Shown: positions 61,444-64,000 of the stretch, one piece after another
How the letters are laid out: the number at the start of each line of letters is the position of its first letter
Position numbering within the stretch: the first letter of the stretch is position 1
Assembly (NCBI GenBank): GCA_002269645.1
Contig: NIVC01000583.1
Coordinates: 248,001 to 312,000, forward strand
Origin: Macrostomum lignano
Taxonomy: Eukaryota
Direction: 5' to 3'
DNA length: 64,000 bases
Notes under the pieces: generated by a model
Seen by the model: the letters and a program-made list of their open reading frames with translations, nothing else
Told to the model about the DNA's origin: nothing
Databases searched by the model: none
Made by a program: the position numbers and the translations under genes

Positions 61444-62788
61444 ATTCCCTTCCTATAAATCATTTGACGTTAGAGACATTTTACAACTCTCGCCCTACTT
61501 TATCTATTAGGCTAACTTTATGTATGACACGACGCAAAATATTAGGAGCATCAGCGTTAATAATGCCTTGAAAGTCTTTAAATAATCGATACAACACTAG
61601 GTATTATAAAATTCCAACCCCAAAGCTCACTGGGGCGAAAAGACTTTGTCTTCATTAACTAGTATGGCAGCCACCAAGTAGGAAATTTGTCTACTATTAA
61701 ATTTGTACACTTCAGAAAATTTAGCAAAATGTATTCATATGAATCCACATTGTTTACTTTATCTATTGTGGGTCATTTTTTGAAATGGCCAAAATTTGTT
61801 ACAATACTTTGCCAAAACATTACTTTTGTGATTTGCCAAAATATTACTTTGCTAAAACATCACATAGCCATAAAAGTCTAATAAGTATAATAATAGTATA
61901 TTGTATGAAAAGTTTAACAGTATAATACCTTTTATATTTTATTTTTATCTTTATCTTTTTTAACCAAAGTCCAAAATCTATAGTAAGGATCATAGCACAC
62001 ATACACTAGAAAAATCCTTTAAAATGGTTGCTTAGGCCATGTGCCAGAATGAATCCTATTGAATAAGTTTGCTTGCACTATGTGCCAAAACTATTTTACA
62101 ACAATTTTGTTTACTTAGCTTAAGGTCCTTGACTAAAGTCTTTCAAGTACTATTAATACCTTGTCTTATTGACTATTTTTGGTTTGAAAAATATTAATAA
62201 AGCTTATATTTGAAAATGATTAATAGCAAATAAGTTGAAAAATAGCAGTTAAAAAATGACTAAGATCACTTTTATTTTCTAGGAGAACCCTTATTTTTAA
62301 GAATTTACAACAGGAAATTTATCAAAAACCCTTAGACCTATAAAATGTTATTAGATAGCTAATTAATATAATTAGGCCCTAACATAGTGGCACATGACCA
62401 AGATGGCTACATAACAAGATGGCCATAGCTCTAAATGTCTAAATAGATAATAATAAGCCTAGGGCTAGGTCTATACATTTCACTCATTTTCTATTAGTAA
62501 TAACTTGTATTAGGTATAGATCTTCGAGTCTTAGAGAAATATATGCTATAATAGAATTATATTACATTATAATCATTCCCTTTGGCTTTGGCTTTAGCTT
62601 TTATTGTAGCCTGATATATAGATATTTATCTACTAAATAAAGCCAATAGGCCTAGCCTAGCATAAAATAAATACCTTGTTGCATATTCATCCCATTTTTT
62701 GCATAGCATTAGGCCTTACCACTAGCAATAGTTTCTTGATAAACTGATAGTGATAGATTTGATAGATATAATGATAGGGAATAAATTG

Positions 62789-63421
62789 GGTGCGCAGTCA
62801 TTTCGTCTGCCGTCTTTTTGTCTGCCAGCAGACGAAACGACTTTTTAAAATAAGTAGCAAAATAGGTTTCATAAATGGCTGAAATTAATTTATAGTTTAC
62901 TTTTAATAGTTAGAATTTACTAGTAATTTTCAGATTTAAAATTAGATGTAATATTTGTATTTTTTATTTTGCTTATCGCAATGTTTCCAAGAAGACCAAT
63001 TATTCGTATATAAGCATTAATTGAATCTACGTAATGAGCTGTGAATGGGATTTATAATTTGTGCGCATGTAACTTACTTATAATAAGTAAAATAATTCTA
63101 ACTCGACTAATTGCTTTTGAGCTTTGAAGCTTTGGAAAGTTAAGAGATAATATTGAATGGGTTCGTTCAATTGTGTAGTTTATTAAATATAAACAAAATT
63201 ATTCAGAAATTACTCGTTTAAGTCATTACTACTAAGAAATGATCCTGATATCTTAATCAAGCTATTATCTCAAATATCTCTAATCTCAAATTAATGACAA
63301 CAACTGACATATTTACACTTATTAAAACTTTACTATTCGTTGGCAGACGAAACGACTGTATCGTATTCTTACAGACGAAAGGGTGGCAGACGAACTGGCG
63401 GCAGACGAAATGACCGTCAAC
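62789..63421. mobile_element. Mutator-like MITE
   Basis: Inverted termini around GTCATTTCGTCTGCCG / CGGCAGACGAAATGAC, repeated GCAGACGAA subterminal motifs, 9-bp TSD AATAAATTG / TATAAATTG (1 mismatch). Confidence 0.7.
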
Positions 63422-63760
63422 TATAAATTGACACAAACACTAAAAAAAGTTTTTGTATTATGGGTAATTAGTTTCAAATCTTTTATAGTATTAGACTATT
63501 AGTATTTATGAATTATATTGATTAAACATCATAATTAATATAACAATAACTATTAAGTTGTTGGTAAATGGTAGAGAGAGTAAATATAATTGAGATTCAA
63601 TGTTGTGGCCATCTTGGTCTTATACCAACATAGTGGGTCCGTGTTTTTACCGAGACGGACCGAGACGGACCGAGACGGACTACGAGTCCGCGTAATTAAC
63701 GAGACGGGCCGCGACTCGGTCTATTACCGAGTGTAAATGTAATTATATGTTTACCGAGAC

Positions 63761-63915
63761 TAGGGATGTCGACCCCGGGGAGCTTGTCGGGGAATACTCC
63801 TCGGGGAATTGAACCGGGGACCCCGGGGAGAAAAAATGCATTTTTAACTTAATTTTTGCTATTAAAATAAGAAAATCATTCACAGAGAGCTGATTGAAAC
63901 TGTCTGTCTATGCTT
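63761..63915 (+). mobile_element. Second copy (5' part only) of the TAGGGATGT hAT-like element
   Basis: Aligns by eye with 60359-60535. The other end is not in the window. Confidence 0.75.
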
Positions 63916-64000
63916 CATAGTCCAGTGAGGGGCTTCATGGTCCAGAGCAGTTTGTTGGTAAACATGACCGCTGTGGTTTTCGACTCTGAGAGTCTAAGGC

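Overview
Repeat-dense eukaryotic (animal) genomic DNA with no prokaryotic operons and no CRISPR array. GC-rich exons with CAG runs and minisatellite-packed introns suggest a flatworm such as Macrostomum (inference only). Three host genes are recognisable, all on the minus strand: intronless TFIIA-gamma (15296-15646), a 4-exon galanin/allatostatin-A-like class A GPCR (33992-37441) and a 4-exon CTR1 copper transporter (49877-51501). There are also two orphan ORFs and one ORF attached to a retrotransposon. The rest is a decayed Ty3/Gypsy element with nested insertions, fragments of RTE, CR1-like, piggyBac and mariner elements, tRNA-derived SINEs, many MITEs with readable TIRs and TSDs, and about 18 tandem arrays. 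The strongest lead is a ~297-bp MITE in two copies, each with its own 8-bp TSD. It carries ~64 nt of the conserved 28S rRNA segment targeted by R2, I-PpoI and Pokey, altered at the cut site. Also notable are a 31-bp minimal transposon with a perfect TSD, sharply bounded CpG-depleted domains with CpG-to-TpA changes, and an intact ORF behind a dead Gypsy pol. All counts and alignments were made by eye.
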